Source: Candidatus Poseidoniales archaeon
Lineage (GTDB): Archaea; Thermoplasmatota; Poseidoniia; Poseidoniales; Poseidoniaceae
Assembly: GCA_003602605.1 (NCBI GenBank)
Contig: QQRW01000038.1
Coordinates: 7,924 to 54,061, forward strand
Direction: 5' to 3'
Length of the DNA stretch: 46,138 bases
This document shows, one piece after another, positions 8,965 through 19,001 of the stretch. A program made the translations under genes and the position numbers. Below the pieces are notes generated by a model that saw only the letters and a list, made by a program, of their open reading frames with translations, was not told the DNA's origin and searched no databases. Position 1 is the first letter of the stretch. Every line of letters starts with the position of its first letter.

Positions 8965-11900
8965 TGGTTGTTGACCCAATCTTGCAGCGCCTCAATGCTC
9001 CATCCTTGGTCAAAGTAACCTTGGATTTCATCTTGAGTCCATTGCGGGAATTGTTCCATTGCTCGGGCCATCTCAGGCGAGACGTTCGCTGCGGGTGCAG
9101 GTGGACCAGAAACTGGCGTCGATTGGCCAGGTAACTCTGCATACGCTTTGTCATCCTCATCTTCGTATTCATCGTAAATATCACCATCGCCTCCACGACG
9201 AATCAAGACGACAACAAGTGTTCCAAGGACTGCAACAGCGATACCCAAGATAGCAAGAACAAGCATAAATCCACCGGAATCACCCGAATCACTCTGAACT
9301 TTGACATTGAACGATTCACCCTGGGATGAACCGTTGTACAGCAGTTCTCCAGTCGTATTGTCGGAGATGAGATAGTACATTCCAGTCGTTGCTAAAGTGA
9401 ATTGCTGCAAGTCAACCTTCACCCACTGCGATGCACCAACCGGGATATCTCCTGTGTCGATGCTTGCTTCGAGTACAGGGACTCCGCCGTTGATGACGGA
9501 GCGAATGTTCAACACAGTTGAACCGTCAAGCGTTCCAGTGTTGAGAACTTCAATTTCAAGTTCAATGTCTTCACCGACTTCGGGTTTAGCTGGACTAATT
9601 CGGACATTTTTAACATCGAACGAGGCTTCCTCGAAAATCAGCTCATAACTGGATTTATGAGTTGGGTTGCTTGAGAAGATTGGAGCAATACCGCCTTCAT
9701 CCGTAAGACCGCCACCAAGCATGGCTTGGGTTCCAGCCGAATCGGTTGCATCAATCCAGAAAACAACTTCGACACCGTCAATTTGGTCTTCATCTGGGTC
9801 GGTCTGTCCCTCTGTAATTGGCCAAAGATCAACACATTCTGCCGAAGCGAAATACGATCCACCACTAGGGTTGAGGGTGAGTTCTTGAGTCATCGGCATA
9901 TCACCGAAGGTTGCTCGGTAAACTGGCCATGTGATGTTGTTTGTTGAGTCGGAGAAGAAACTCCAGGCAACAGAAACATCTCCTTGGAACAGTGCTTCCT
10001 GCTCTTGGATAACGACTTCAACATCGACACAGTGGTATGTTGAGGTTGGGAGAACATTCGCCAATGGCTCTTGGTTTCCGTCTTTCAATGTCCATGTGTT
10101 CGAAACGACGAGAGGTGCAGAAGCATCGACCCTCAAATTGAAGGTTTGACATCCGTATGCTTCTGAAACACAAATTGCGGACGATGTATCAACTGCACCC
10201 ATTGGTAAGCCTTCGATTCCGCCGCCACACTCTCCGTTTGCTCCACCGTCACCACCAGTTGCATCGTAAGGACACAATCGGAACGTGTAGGTGTAATCAT
10301 TAGTTACCGGTGGTGCTGTGATATTGATATCAAAGACACCTCCGGTAAACGAATGGTATGTTACTTCTCCAGGGAAGGCAATGTAACCTTTGGAACCATC
10401 CATAGCAGCAGCCTGCCGTGTCAATTCAAGCGTCAATTCAATCTCTGGAGTGATGTAGACTTGGTCGAGGATTCCGTCAAGGTAAGCGTATTGTCCTTCA
10501 AACGAAATGATATCGCCTGGGTAAACGAAGCCCTTTCGAACGTCTTGAGTAATTGGAGTCATCAAATCACTGAAGACCGGTGAAATCATCAAATCATTCG
10601 CAGAATCTGCACGGAAATCAAGTTGAATTCCGTCGCTGTAGTACCAATCTTGAATGTGACGTCCGGAAGCTGGTAACATTCTGTATCGAGGGTTGTCAAG
10701 GTCCTGCATGTAGAGAACTGGGTTGTTGATCGAGGTTGTAGCACCTGGCAAACCCCAAGTCATTCGGATTGGGAGATCAAGATAGAATTCTGTTTCGAAC
10801 GGATCAATCAACACACCGCCATCCATGCGAAGGACCCGTGGGCCCTCAACATCACCGTCTTCAGCAATGATTTCGATGTATGGACTGTTTGTCCATGCCG
10901 TGTTGTTACGGGGGTAATAGTAGACTGTCATGTCGTCTCGGTCGTCAGCCATGTCGACACGGAAGTAATCTACGTCTCTCCATCCGTTGTCGTCCTTTGC
11001 CTCCACGATGAGATGGTACACGTTACCGGCGTACATGGTGTGATTCCACTTGCCGTTGTATTGCTGTTGGTTCGATTTGAGGAAGCGATTATCTTGTGAA
11101 TCATCGATAAAGAAGTTTCGAATGACTGGAGATTTCGAACTCATAGAAACATAGGTGAAATGGTCGTTCTCGAATCCAGGAGCACCACCGTCAATTGGGT
11201 TTCCTGCCTTGTCAAACCCTTCAATCCAAATGCTGACCTTACCCACTGGGTCTTGTCCAACGTTTGCATAGTCGTTATAGGTCGCAGTATAATTCGCAAA
11301 CGGAGCCTCACCATCGCTGTAAGCGGTTACTGTGATGTATTCTGATTCTTCTGCAAGTCCGTTAGAGTTCGCATCGTGATCGTACTCAACCCAAACCTTG
11401 ATGTCGAGCGATTCTGGGGGGTTGGGTAGGTCACTGGCACTCATTCGAATCTGTTGTGTAGCAGAAGGAACAACCCATGTGTCGTCAACCATCACTCGCC
11501 AGTTGCTGTCAAGCGCTGGGTCGACTTGGCCGTTCAAAATTTCGACCTCAAGCAAATTCGGATCCAGCGTGTCAATCGAAAGATTGAACGGGATTGCACA
11601 CTCACTGTCAGGCCGGAATTCAGCCGCAGGACAGAGCGTCTCTCCGCCCTCGTAGCCGTCGATTCGGAATCTGTATGTGTCTTGACCAGCAGCCATACCG
11701 AGGTCAACATCCCAAGAGAAATCTCCACCTGGTAGACCGGAGCGGTTCGCAACAGAAATCCATTCAATCGAGATGTTGCCATCGGTGTTGTTGACATACT
11801 TTTGTTCGAGGACCATGAAATAGCCACTCGGGTCTGGTGAAATGGAGAGGTCTTGGAGTCGGATAGCCCCGTTGAGGGTGACCGTTTGTCCAGAAGTTCC

Positions 11901-14852
11901 GTCATCAAGGTCTTGGACAATTCCGATGTTGTTGAGGACTTCAAACGAAGTAACGACAGCGTCGTTTTCAACAGCGTTACCACCGGTAGGAGCTAGAAGG
12001 ACTGCATCCGGAAGCCCATTGACGCCGTTGGACGCAATTGAACCTGAGTAGATTCGAACTTCATCGGTATCCTCCCACTCAGAATTTACGACAAAGCGCC
12101 ATGTGATTTCCTTTCCATCTGCGATTGTCGTAGCAGTCGAAGATTCAAGGGTGATCAAATCTCCAATGTCGGAAACCTCAGAGAACAGCAAAGCATCGCT
12201 GTAACCAAGAATAACATTACCAGTCTCGGATTCGAAGGTCAAACGGGCTTCAACGAGAGTGGAGCCAGTCAGAGGGCTCACAGTGTGAGTAGTCGTGATT
12301 TCGTAGATGGCTCCGTTTGGATACAATCCGACCGGATTTCCAACCAAACTAATCGAGTTATCGTAGCCACTCGAGGTTGAAACCATGAGATTTGATAATG
12401 CTGCGCCTCCACCTGTAGAGCTTGTGAAAGTCATTGGTACTTCGGCTGTAGAGCCACCGTCCCACAAGGCAACGCCCTTGTTCAACTCACGATCAAAGCC
12501 GTCCGCAGTGCCGAGTGAAACGGTGTAATTGTAAACAATATCGAGGTCGCGAACCGTCACTTGAGACGAAGTTGAAGCGTTTGGCGATTCTGCTTTCAAT
12601 CGGAAGGTCTGCCATTCGGTACCGTAAGCGTCGTAATGACTGACAGGAACCAAAGCATTACCGAGCAAAGAGTTCAGTGCTGATTTGAAATCAAGGTTTG
12701 GTGCGTTAGCGAGCAACAGAAGCGTCGTGTTCTCGACACTGCCCAAAACAACTTCCTGTGTACCAGAGAGAAGAGACAATTCGAACCCTTCGGTTGAATC
12801 AGTATTCGAGAAAATTCCCATTTGGTCAAAGACCAAATCAACTGAAGTAACTTCTGCCCCCTTTGGTAGCATGAACATTGCACCTTCGGCAACACCAGTG
12901 CTGTCGATGATGAGGTCAGAGGATGACTTACCGTAATTAACTCCATCAACCTTAGCCTTCAAGAATTGAGTTTGGCGCCCGAAACCTCCGAACGCCTCTT
13001 CATCGAATCCCCAGTCAATGTGTCCATCATTGGCGACATCCAACTGGATATCATCGGGGTGGTGGCCAAACGTAAGGTCAAACCAAATGCCCCCAACATT
13101 ACATGGGTCCTCAAAGGAAACCATAGAGTCGAAACCGAACACTGGTTCATCCAAGATATATTCGACACCGTTGGAGAGTTGGTAAAACGAGGCACCTCCT
13201 TGAGAGAAAACCTCAATCGTTGGGGCTTCAGTACAATCTTTCTCGACATACGGCTTAATGCGGGTAATCGGTCGATCGAAATCGCTTCGTTGGAGCGTTG
13301 GCGTATACGATGTATCGCTGATAATCGGTGTATACGTCAAAAACTCACCAGCCCCGGTTGTTGACCAGACACCCTGGAAAATGTTCGGTATCTCGTCGTA
13401 ATAGGAGGCGTTCAATCCCGTACCAACCCGAGTACCAATACTGAATCCGTGGAACACCGGAGATGAAAGTCGGTCGGGTCCCGAATTGAATGTGAATCTA
13501 AAGTCGATCGAAGGGTGTTCGGTCGAATTGATGCCCCACAATTCGATGATTTCTCCTTGAAGGTTGGTCATTGCATCACCTTGTCGGTCATGAACGATTG
13601 AACCGGTAGACGAGTCAAGCACATCAACTGAAATCGTTGCTGTGCTGGTTGTTTCAGTTTCAAGTGCTAGAATACCGTATCCGTTCGGCTGGTTCGGGCC
13701 ACCTGAGTTTGATGGCAGGAATCCGTTAATGCTCATGTTTGCAGATGCTGGAAGAGGGTCTCCAACTCGGAAGTTATCGACATACCAACCGGCTTTGCCA
13801 CCATCGGTGCCAAGGACATCATTGTCTTCCATGACAAAGCGTATCTGAACATATTGTCCCGTGTATGGACCCAAATCTACGGCAATGTTTGCCCAACCGT
13901 TCGGGTTACCAGCAGTCGTTGAAGTGCCGCCAAGTGCCCCGTCTCCAGGGGTTACGCCATTGCATCTCGAGTCAATCTGGCCAGCCGTGTTTTGGTTGGT
14001 GGATACGGTATAGTATCCTGTGCCCCAGCTCAATGATGAATTGGAAAGACTGATTTCCAAGTAATCAAATCCGTTCGGGTCGTTGACATCGAGGTCATCG
14101 TTTTGAGAGGAGCGTATTTCGAGGTATGCACAGTCACGGAAGTAAACCGATGGGTTGGTTCCGCTGCTGGTGCCAAGGTCCAAGTCGTGCCATGAGTCAA
14201 AGTAAGCGAGGGAACTCTTGAGTGAAGAGTCGATGAAAATTGTTTCAGATGTCATCATGTATTTGCGGCCGTTTGCTCCAGCGTTCTTACTGGTGTAGTC
14301 ATCGTCATAGAGCCCAGTGCCCCAGCAATATGTGCCGCTCGCACAGTCGGGAATATCGATGTTCGGCGCAAGAGTGGTTGGGTCAATAGAACCATGATCC
14401 CATCCGTGAGTATCACCGGTCAAAGCGCGATGGTCAACGAAACCGGAAGAAGTTTCTTCAAAGTCGGTAAGGAAGCCTTCAGACTTCAATTCGACTGGAA
14501 CTGCATTTGAACCGTCCTCGTAAACGAAATCAGCGACGTTCGAGAACTTTGTCAGTTGATTGTTGTACATAGGATTCCATACACGAGGCATGGTGTCCAA
14601 GTCAATACGTGTGTGCGCAGAGTGTTCAAGCATCGAAGTCGAAAGATCGACCGATGCACTGGTCACTGTTTCTGAAGCTGGAAGGTGAACAAAACCCTCG
14701 TCAATAAACGGGCTCCCATCTCTCAATTCGATTTCATCGGTTGCGTTTCCGCCTCCAAACGTGGACACGTTTGCTGCTGCAGCAAACGGTGCCAAGAGCA
14801 TTAAGAAAACTAGGAAAAATGCTGATTTAAGTTGTTGATTGTCGTTCGTCAA
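8961..14852 (-). CDS. Giant (1963 aa) secreted membrane-anchored surface protein with M6/MAM-like jelly-roll insert and C-terminal CARDB-like domain
   Basis: TTG start with AGGTGA SD; signal peptide; QYVQIRF...AGWYVDNFRVG; DANSNG loop; ISPAKPEVGEDIELEIEVLNTG; TM GFMLVLAILGIAVAVLGTLVVVLI-RR; Trp-rich tail. Confidence 0.88.
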   Translation of the reverse strand: MTNDNQQLKSAFFLVFLMLLAPFAAAANVSTFGGGNATDEIELRDGSPFIDEGFVHLPASETVTSASVDLSTSMLEHSAHTRIDLDTMPRVWNPMYNNQLTKFSNVADFVYEDGSNAVPVELKSEGFLTDFEETSSGFVDHRALTGDTHGWDHGSIDPTTLAPNIDIPDCASGTYCWGTGLYDDDYTSKNAGANGRKYMMTSETIFIDSSLKSSLAYFDSWHDLDLGTSSGTNPSVYFRDCAYLEIRSSQNDDLDVNDPNGFDYLEISLSNSSLSWGTGYYTVSTNQNTAGQIDSRCNGVTPGDGALGGTSTTAGNPNGWANIAVDLGPYTGQYVQIRFVMEDNDVLGTDGGKAGWYVDNFRVGDPLPASANMSINGFLPSNSGGPNQPNGYGILALETETTSTATISVDVLDSSTGSIVHDRQGDAMTNLQGEIIELWGINSTEHPSIDFRFTFNSGPDRLSSPVFHGFSIGTRVGTGLNASYYDEIPNIFQGVWSTTGAGEFLTYTPIISDTSYTPTLQRSDFDRPITRIKPYVEKDCTEAPTIEVFSQGGASFYQLSNGVEYILDEPVFGFDSMVSFEDPCNVGGIWFDLTFGHHPDDIQLDVANDGHIDWGFDEEAFGGFGRQTQFLKAKVDGVNYGKSSSDLIIDSTGVAEGAMFMLPKGAEVTSVDLVFDQMGIFSNTDSTEGFELSLLSGTQEVVLGSVENTTLLLLANAPNLDFKSALNSLLGNALVPVSHYDAYGTEWQTFRLKAESPNASTSSQVTVRDLDIVYNYTVSLGTADGFDRELNKGVALWDGGSTAEVPMTFTSSTGGGAALSNLMVSTSSGYDNSISLVGNPVGLYPNGAIYEITTTHTVSPLTGSTLVEARLTFESETGNVILGYSDALLFSEVSDIGDLITLESSTATTIADGKEITWRFVVNSEWEDTDEVRIYSGSIASNGVNGLPDAVLLAPTGGNAVENDAVVTSFEVLNNIGIVQDLDDGTSGQTVTLNGAIRLQDLSISPDPSGYFMVLEQKYVNNTDGNISIEWISVANRSGLPGGDFSWDVDLGMAAGQDTYRFRIDGYEGGETLCPAAEFRPDSECAIPFNLSIDTLDPNLLEVEILNGQVDPALDSNWRVMVDDTWVVPSATQQIRMSASDLPNPPESLDIKVWVEYDHDANSNGLAEESEYITVTAYSDGEAPFANYTATYNDYANVGQDPVGKVSIWIEGFDKAGNPIDGGAPGFENDHFTYVSMSSKSPVIRNFFIDDSQDNRFLKSNQQQYNGKWNHTMYAGNVYHLIVEAKDDNGWRDVDYFRVDMADDRDDMTVYYYPRNNTAWTNSPYIEIIAEDGDVEGPRVLRMDGGVLIDPFETEFYLDLPIRMTWGLPGATTSINNPVLYMQDLDNPRYRMLPASGRHIQDWYYSDGIQLDFRADSANDLMISPVFSDLMTPITQDVRKGFVYPGDIISFEGQYAYLDGILDQVYITPEIELTLELTRQAAAMDGSKGYIAFPGEVTYHSFTGGVFDINITAPPVTNDYTYTFRLCPYDATGGDGGANGECGGGIEGLPMGAVDTSSAICVSEAYGCQTFNLRVDASAPLVVSNTWTLKDGNQEPLANVLPTSTYHCVDVEVVIQEQEALFQGDVSVAWSFFSDSTNNITWPVYRATFGDMPMTQELTLNPSGGSYFASAECVDLWPITEGQTDPDEDQIDGVEVVFWIDATDSAGTQAMLGGGLTDEGGIAPIFSSNPTHKSSYELIFEEASFDVKNVRISPAKPEVGEDIELEIEVLNTGTLDGSTVLNIRSVINGGVPVLEASIDTGDIPVGASQWVKVDLQQFTLATTGMYYLISDNTTGELLYNGSSQGESFNVKVQSDSGDSGGFMLVLAILGIAVAVLGTLVVVLIRRGGDGDIYDEYEDEDDKAYAELPGQSTPVSGPPAPAANVSPEMARAMEQFPQWTQDEIQGYFDQGWSIEALQDWVNNQ

Positions 14853-14917
14853 AGACTCACCTGTTCTCTTCCGAGGATTCCTTCACCTATAATCACAACG
14901 GAACGTTGCCCCGGAAT

Positions 14918-14934
14918 CCCCTCCTACGGAGGGG
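14918..14934. terminator. GC-rich hairpin between thiI 3' end and the surface-protein promoter
   Basis: CCCCTCC-TAC-GGAGGGG, perfect 7-bp stem. Function is inferred only. Confidence 0.35.
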
Positions 14935-14952
14935 TCGAAAGCTCTGCATCGT

Positions 14953-15624
14953 TCAAAGTTCCACAAATCTACGATTTTTCCAAGCCTGCTGTGTGAGATT
15001 TTCGAGGCCGCCGAGTCTCTGTTCACTCTTTTCCAACCATTCTAAGTTGGCAATCGTGGTTGGCAAGGAAGGGCCCAATGCATCACAAACCTCAGGACCG
15101 ATGCTTAGTTCAAACGTCCCAAGCCCTTGTGACATGTGCATGATAGCGGTCTTATCAAACCCAAGTAACGGGCGAAGCATTTCCAACGCAGTAACCCGTT
15201 CAATGACCCCTAAATTACCAAGGGTTTGTGATGAAACTTGGCCCAAGTTCTCTCCGGTCAAAAGATGTGTTGCTCCTACCTCTCTACCTGCTAAATCTGC
15301 AAGGCAGTTATACAGGCGTTTCATGTGGATAAAATACTCAGTATGACACCATTTCTTCGTGAATAAAGCCAATTGATCTGCAACGGGAATGACCGTTAAT
15401 GATGTGGATAATTGGCGCCTCGCTGCTTCGCCAATAGGGCCGTCCATTTGGAGGAAAAATCGAAGAGCTGCAATCGTTTTCTGCTCAGCCTCTGGACCGG
15501 TCACAGGCTCCTGCGTACAGTGAACGGGATAGATGTGCCAACCTTCCCTCAACATTCGCGCAACAGCGACAGGTGAATCGATACCTCCCGAGACCAAAGC
15601 GATACACACTTTCTCCTCGACCAT
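14953..15624 (-). CDS. thiI: ThiI-like PP-loop adenylation/sulfurtransferase domain protein lacking THUMP
   Basis: ALVSGGIDSPVA, TGENLGQVSSQTLGNL, LRPLLGFDK, EVC. Start reassigned to ATG 15624. Confidence 0.82.
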   Translation of the reverse strand: MVEEKVCIALVSGGIDSPVAVARMLREGWHIYPVHCTQEPVTGPEAEQKTIAALRFFLQMDGPIGEAARRQLSTSLTVIPVADQLALFTKKWCHTEYFIHMKRLYNCLADLAGREVGATHLLTGENLGQVSSQTLGNLGVIERVTALEMLRPLLGFDKTAIMHMSQGLGTFELSIGPEVCDALGPSLPTTIANLEWLEKSEQRLGGLENLTQQAWKNRRFVEL

Positions 15625-15714
15625 AACCGAGGGCAACCGCTCAAGGTCAAGAAACCACCTCAAGAGGATTTCTTCGCCGCATGAGTTCTTGAGGGAGAAC
15701 ATACTGGCGATGCC

Positions 15715-16176
15715 ATGGAACCTTACTCAAAGGAGCCCGCTACGCTGATTGAACACGTTTTCCCCGGAGACACCAACGCCTACGACACTCTGTTTGGTGG
15801 AAAATTACTCTCACTCATGGATAAAGCCGGGGGAATTGCCTGTGCTAAATTCGCACACAGAGAGTTCGTCACGATATCGATCGATGCGTTGACGTTTATC
15901 GCTCCTGCCCGGCAAGGAGATCTGCTCGAAGTTACCGGAAAAGTAGTGTTCACAAGCAGTCATACGGCATGCACCAAAGTGACGGCAGTCGCCGTCAACA
16001 AAGCAACTTGGGAGAAAAAGAAAATTTGTGAAGGGTTCTTCTTTTTCGTTGCGATTGACTCGATGATGCGACCGATTCCAATCCCTCAATTCGTCGTAGA
16101 ACAAGACGATGAGCAAGATGATTGGGAACATGCCAAAAACATTCGAGAGCAGATGTTGGCGAATCGGAACAAGTGA
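15715..16176 (+). CDS. Acyl-CoA thioesterase (YciA-like hotdog fold)
   Basis: VFPGDTNAYDTLFGGKLLSLMD, FVTISID, FVAID. Confidence 0.92.
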   Translation: MEPYSKEPATLIEHVFPGDTNAYDTLFGGKLLSLMDKAGGIACAKFAHREFVTISIDALTFIAPARQGDLLEVTGKVVFTSSHTACTKVTAVAVNKATWEKKKICEGFFFFVAIDSMMRPIPIPQFVVEQDDEQDDWEHAKNIREQMLANRNK

Positions 16177-16218
16177 AACTACCCCTACCTTCATGTGACC
16201 CACATTGGTGGGGCAAGC

Positions 16219-17238
16219 ATGCCTGTCCTCAACATTGCAATGATTGGTTCCGATGAATTGGCAAGAGAGATCGCCAAACCAACAGACCAAAGGGATGTTC
16301 ATACCTATGTTCACAAAGAATCTGGCAGCGATGGCCCTCGGATTCTATCGTTGATACGACCGGCAAAATACCCTGAGCGCCTGCGCCCTTTCCTCAATGC
16401 CCTTTCCGCTGCCAGAGTTGGAATCATTGAAGTCTCAGGAATCGATGCAACGCTTGGCGAAGCACTGGTCGCTTTTGCGAGTGCCAATATTACGAAAGGA
16501 ATTGGAATCATCAACGCTCCAGACGGCGGGTGGGTCGACGAAGACCAAGTGAAAATGCTGTTCAAACAAGCAGGCTTGGGAGAATGGTCATTCGGCTCGA
16601 CTGACGGTATAGATCTTCGAAATACATTGTATCAATACATGGAAGATATTGCTGATGAACTATCCGCAAATGCCAAAGCTCCTCTCGTCATTCCGGTCGA
16701 CCAACACTTCAATGTCAAAGGCATAGGATTGGTCGCCATCGGTTACGTTCAATCCGGTACAGTCAACGTTCACGATGAGGTTTTCTTACTCCCCGCAAAC
16801 GGCACAGGAAGCGCCAAATCATTGCAAGTAATGGACGACGATGTACCCACTGCAACTGCAGGTGATCGAGTCGGACTTGCCCTTCGAGGTGCCAAAGAGG
16901 ACCACCTTGGAAGTGGTACTTTACTGGTTCACCCTGCCGTTGAAGACAAGAAAACCAACACGAGCATTCCGTTAGCCGTTGTTGCTCACGAACGCTCATC
17001 AATGAAACTCAACCGATCGCCCTTCCAAAAGCGTGTTCTTGCTGAGGGTGATGTTGTTCACGCAAGTGTCGACCTGCAGTTTGTGGTCGGCCGTATTAGT
17101 GCTGTAAACGGCGATGAGATGGATGTCAAGTGGGAATCACCTCTGTACATCCGCAGAGAAAACCCAGAAGCAACCCTCATTGCTCAGCTCGATTCGAAGC
17201 CTCGAATTATGGGGAATGCTGTGCTCACACTAATCTGA
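16219..17238 (+). CDS. Archaeal SelB/EF-Tu-like protein with degenerate G domain
   Basis: IPVDQHFNVKGIGLVAIG, KSLQVMD..ATAGDRVGLALRG (EF-Tu domain II). No GxxxxGK[ST] P-loop. Start reassigned to ATG 16219. Confidence 0.85.
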   Translation: MPVLNIAMIGSDELAREIAKPTDQRDVHTYVHKESGSDGPRILSLIRPAKYPERLRPFLNALSAARVGIIEVSGIDATLGEALVAFASANITKGIGIINAPDGGWVDEDQVKMLFKQAGLGEWSFGSTDGIDLRNTLYQYMEDIADELSANAKAPLVIPVDQHFNVKGIGLVAIGYVQSGTVNVHDEVFLLPANGTGSAKSLQVMDDDVPTATAGDRVGLALRGAKEDHLGSGTLLVHPAVEDKKTNTSIPLAVVAHERSSMKLNRSPFQKRVLAEGDVVHASVDLQFVVGRISAVNGDEMDVKWESPLYIRRENPEATLIAQLDSKPRIMGNAVLTLI

Positions 17239-17335
17239 ACCACTCGGCGAGAGAGCGACGGTCGAATTATCGCCGTCACATTACGACCATCGGTCGGTGG
17301 TTTGATAACCCAGCACATGTGGTTTGCGCGCTGGG

Positions 17336-19000
17336 ATGCGCACTAAAGTTCAGGAGGAAGGTCCTGCACGTGCAGAAGACTTTGAGATCATCAAAGCACT
17401 GCACTTGGCAGGCTCGGGGAGAGTCCGAGCGTCAGTGGATGAGCGCACGCTGTCTCTTGAGACAAGAAGCGGCCACGGACTGGACCTCCGTTTATCCAAC
17501 ATATCCCGTGTGCATCACCACCATACTCGGCTTGTTCCCTTCTCGTTCGCTCTCATCGGTGCAGGTCTCATCTATATCGCACAACGAATACTGATTCCAA
17601 ACACCCTGCAAATGGTTACTGCTGCCTTTGGAGCCGTATTGATTCTCGGATGGCTGGGTACGCGAAAGCCAACGCTCACACTCGATACTGAGGTGGGAGA
17701 TTGCCACACTATTACCGGCAACGATGCCTCATTAATGCGATTAGCAACACTTCTCAAGCGGCTCGAAAGTGGGATGAGCCTTGAAGACGCCCGAATCGGA
17801 CTGGACATTCTCGACCGAGACACAGAATTTCCTCGCACAGCAATTCGAGAACTGCAAGAGGTTCCCGTTCAACCGGTCCACATACAAGCACCCACATCCA
17901 TTGGCACATTCCTAACAGATGCACTTCCCGAAGACGAAATACCTGCCTCCGTGTCCTCTTTCGATCTCTTTGAGGAAGAAATAGATCTAGACTTCGGAGA
18001 CAACAATCCGCTCTCAAATGGATGGATGACTGGTGAAGATATTGCTGAACCTGTGGTGCGAAATGAACACGGACTGCTCTCAAGAGGTATTGCCAACGCA
18101 CATGACCGAAGAGGAGCACTGCCTCGAGTTGCACAAACACCCGGACACCACTACGCCAACCATCCAACTGCACAATTCCCTACTGCTGTAACCCACAGGC
18201 CAGTTTCCTCTTTCCAACATATTGCCCAATCAACCACTGCTGAACTACCTCGAGAACATCATGATGTTCATACCACGGATGCGCCGAAGTCTTTCATTCC
18301 GAACTTCCATGGACCAAATGGTGTTCACGTGCCCGGTTATCCAGCGCATGAACCACATATCGAAATCTCAGAAGCGAAAGGCGCGTTTCGTTCGCCCGAT
18401 TCATTGCTACCCGAAGCCGAGCCATCGACTTCTTTGATCGAAAGCGCCCGAATGGTGAACGCAACGGCAACTCCCACACCTTCGGTATCGGAGATTGCTC
18501 CTCGCACACCAGGGAGCCGCCTAAGACCGAAAAGCGCTCAACGGCCAGGTTCTCGTCTACGGCCGAAATCTCGCTCGCGTACATCATCTGTGAATCGGTT
18601 TTCGAACATGGTGAGGCCTGCTGCTGCTCAAATGATTGGGAATGCAACCGAAATAGCGAACCGATTTTTCAACTCTCGAAACGAACAACAACCCTCTGAA
18701 GAGTCATCATCAACCAGAGAGTTGCGTCAGCGTTCTGCTGAAACACTGCAGTCTGAATCGATTGAATCGATACTTAACCTTTCGATAAAAAGAGGTGGCC
18801 ATTTACCTGACAGCGATATAGAGGTGATGCTCGCCCACATGAATCGAAGACAAACCTTCATCGAACAAGATGAACAAGCAAAGCAAGAAGTTGCTCAGTT
18901 GCCACACCTCGATGATGTCTCGTTTGGTGAACTCAAAGACAGCAAAACACACCATGCTGAGAACGCAGGCAAAGCTGGTCTACCTCGACTAGACCTGTGA
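17336..19000 (+). CDS. Hypothetical membrane protein: two N-terminal TM helices, long Pro/Ser-rich low-complexity region
   Basis: Long ORF; hydrophobic pair LVPFSFALIGAGLIYIA / MVTAAFGAVLILGWL; repeat PGSRLRPKS x2. Confidence 0.75.
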   Translation: MRTKVQEEGPARAEDFEIIKALHLAGSGRVRASVDERTLSLETRSGHGLDLRLSNISRVHHHHTRLVPFSFALIGAGLIYIAQRILIPNTLQMVTAAFGAVLILGWLGTRKPTLTLDTEVGDCHTITGNDASLMRLATLLKRLESGMSLEDARIGLDILDRDTEFPRTAIRELQEVPVQPVHIQAPTSIGTFLTDALPEDEIPASVSSFDLFEEEIDLDFGDNNPLSNGWMTGEDIAEPVVRNEHGLLSRGIANAHDRRGALPRVAQTPGHHYANHPTAQFPTAVTHRPVSSFQHIAQSTTAELPREHHDVHTTDAPKSFIPNFHGPNGVHVPGYPAHEPHIEISEAKGAFRSPDSLLPEAEPSTSLIESARMVNATATPTPSVSEIAPRTPGSRLRPKSAQRPGSRLRPKSRSRTSSVNRFSNMVRPAAAQMIGNATEIANRFFNSRNEQQPSEESSSTRELRQRSAETLQSESIESILNLSIKRGGHLPDSDIEVMLAHMNRRQTFIEQDEQAKQEVAQLPHLDDVSFGELKDSKTHHAENAGKAGLPRLDL

Positions 19001-19001
19001 A

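Noticed and set aside
15641-15694. TCAAG repeats and CCTCAAGA-N21-TCTTGAGG inverted repeat between thiI and the thioesterase
   Set aside because: Short with a long spacer; cannot be distinguished from chance without comparative data.
16219-17238. SelB-like gene as evidence of selenocysteine usage
   Set aside because: The G domain is degenerate, this SelB-like family occurs in non-Sec archaea, and I saw no tRNA-Sec or Sec machinery here.
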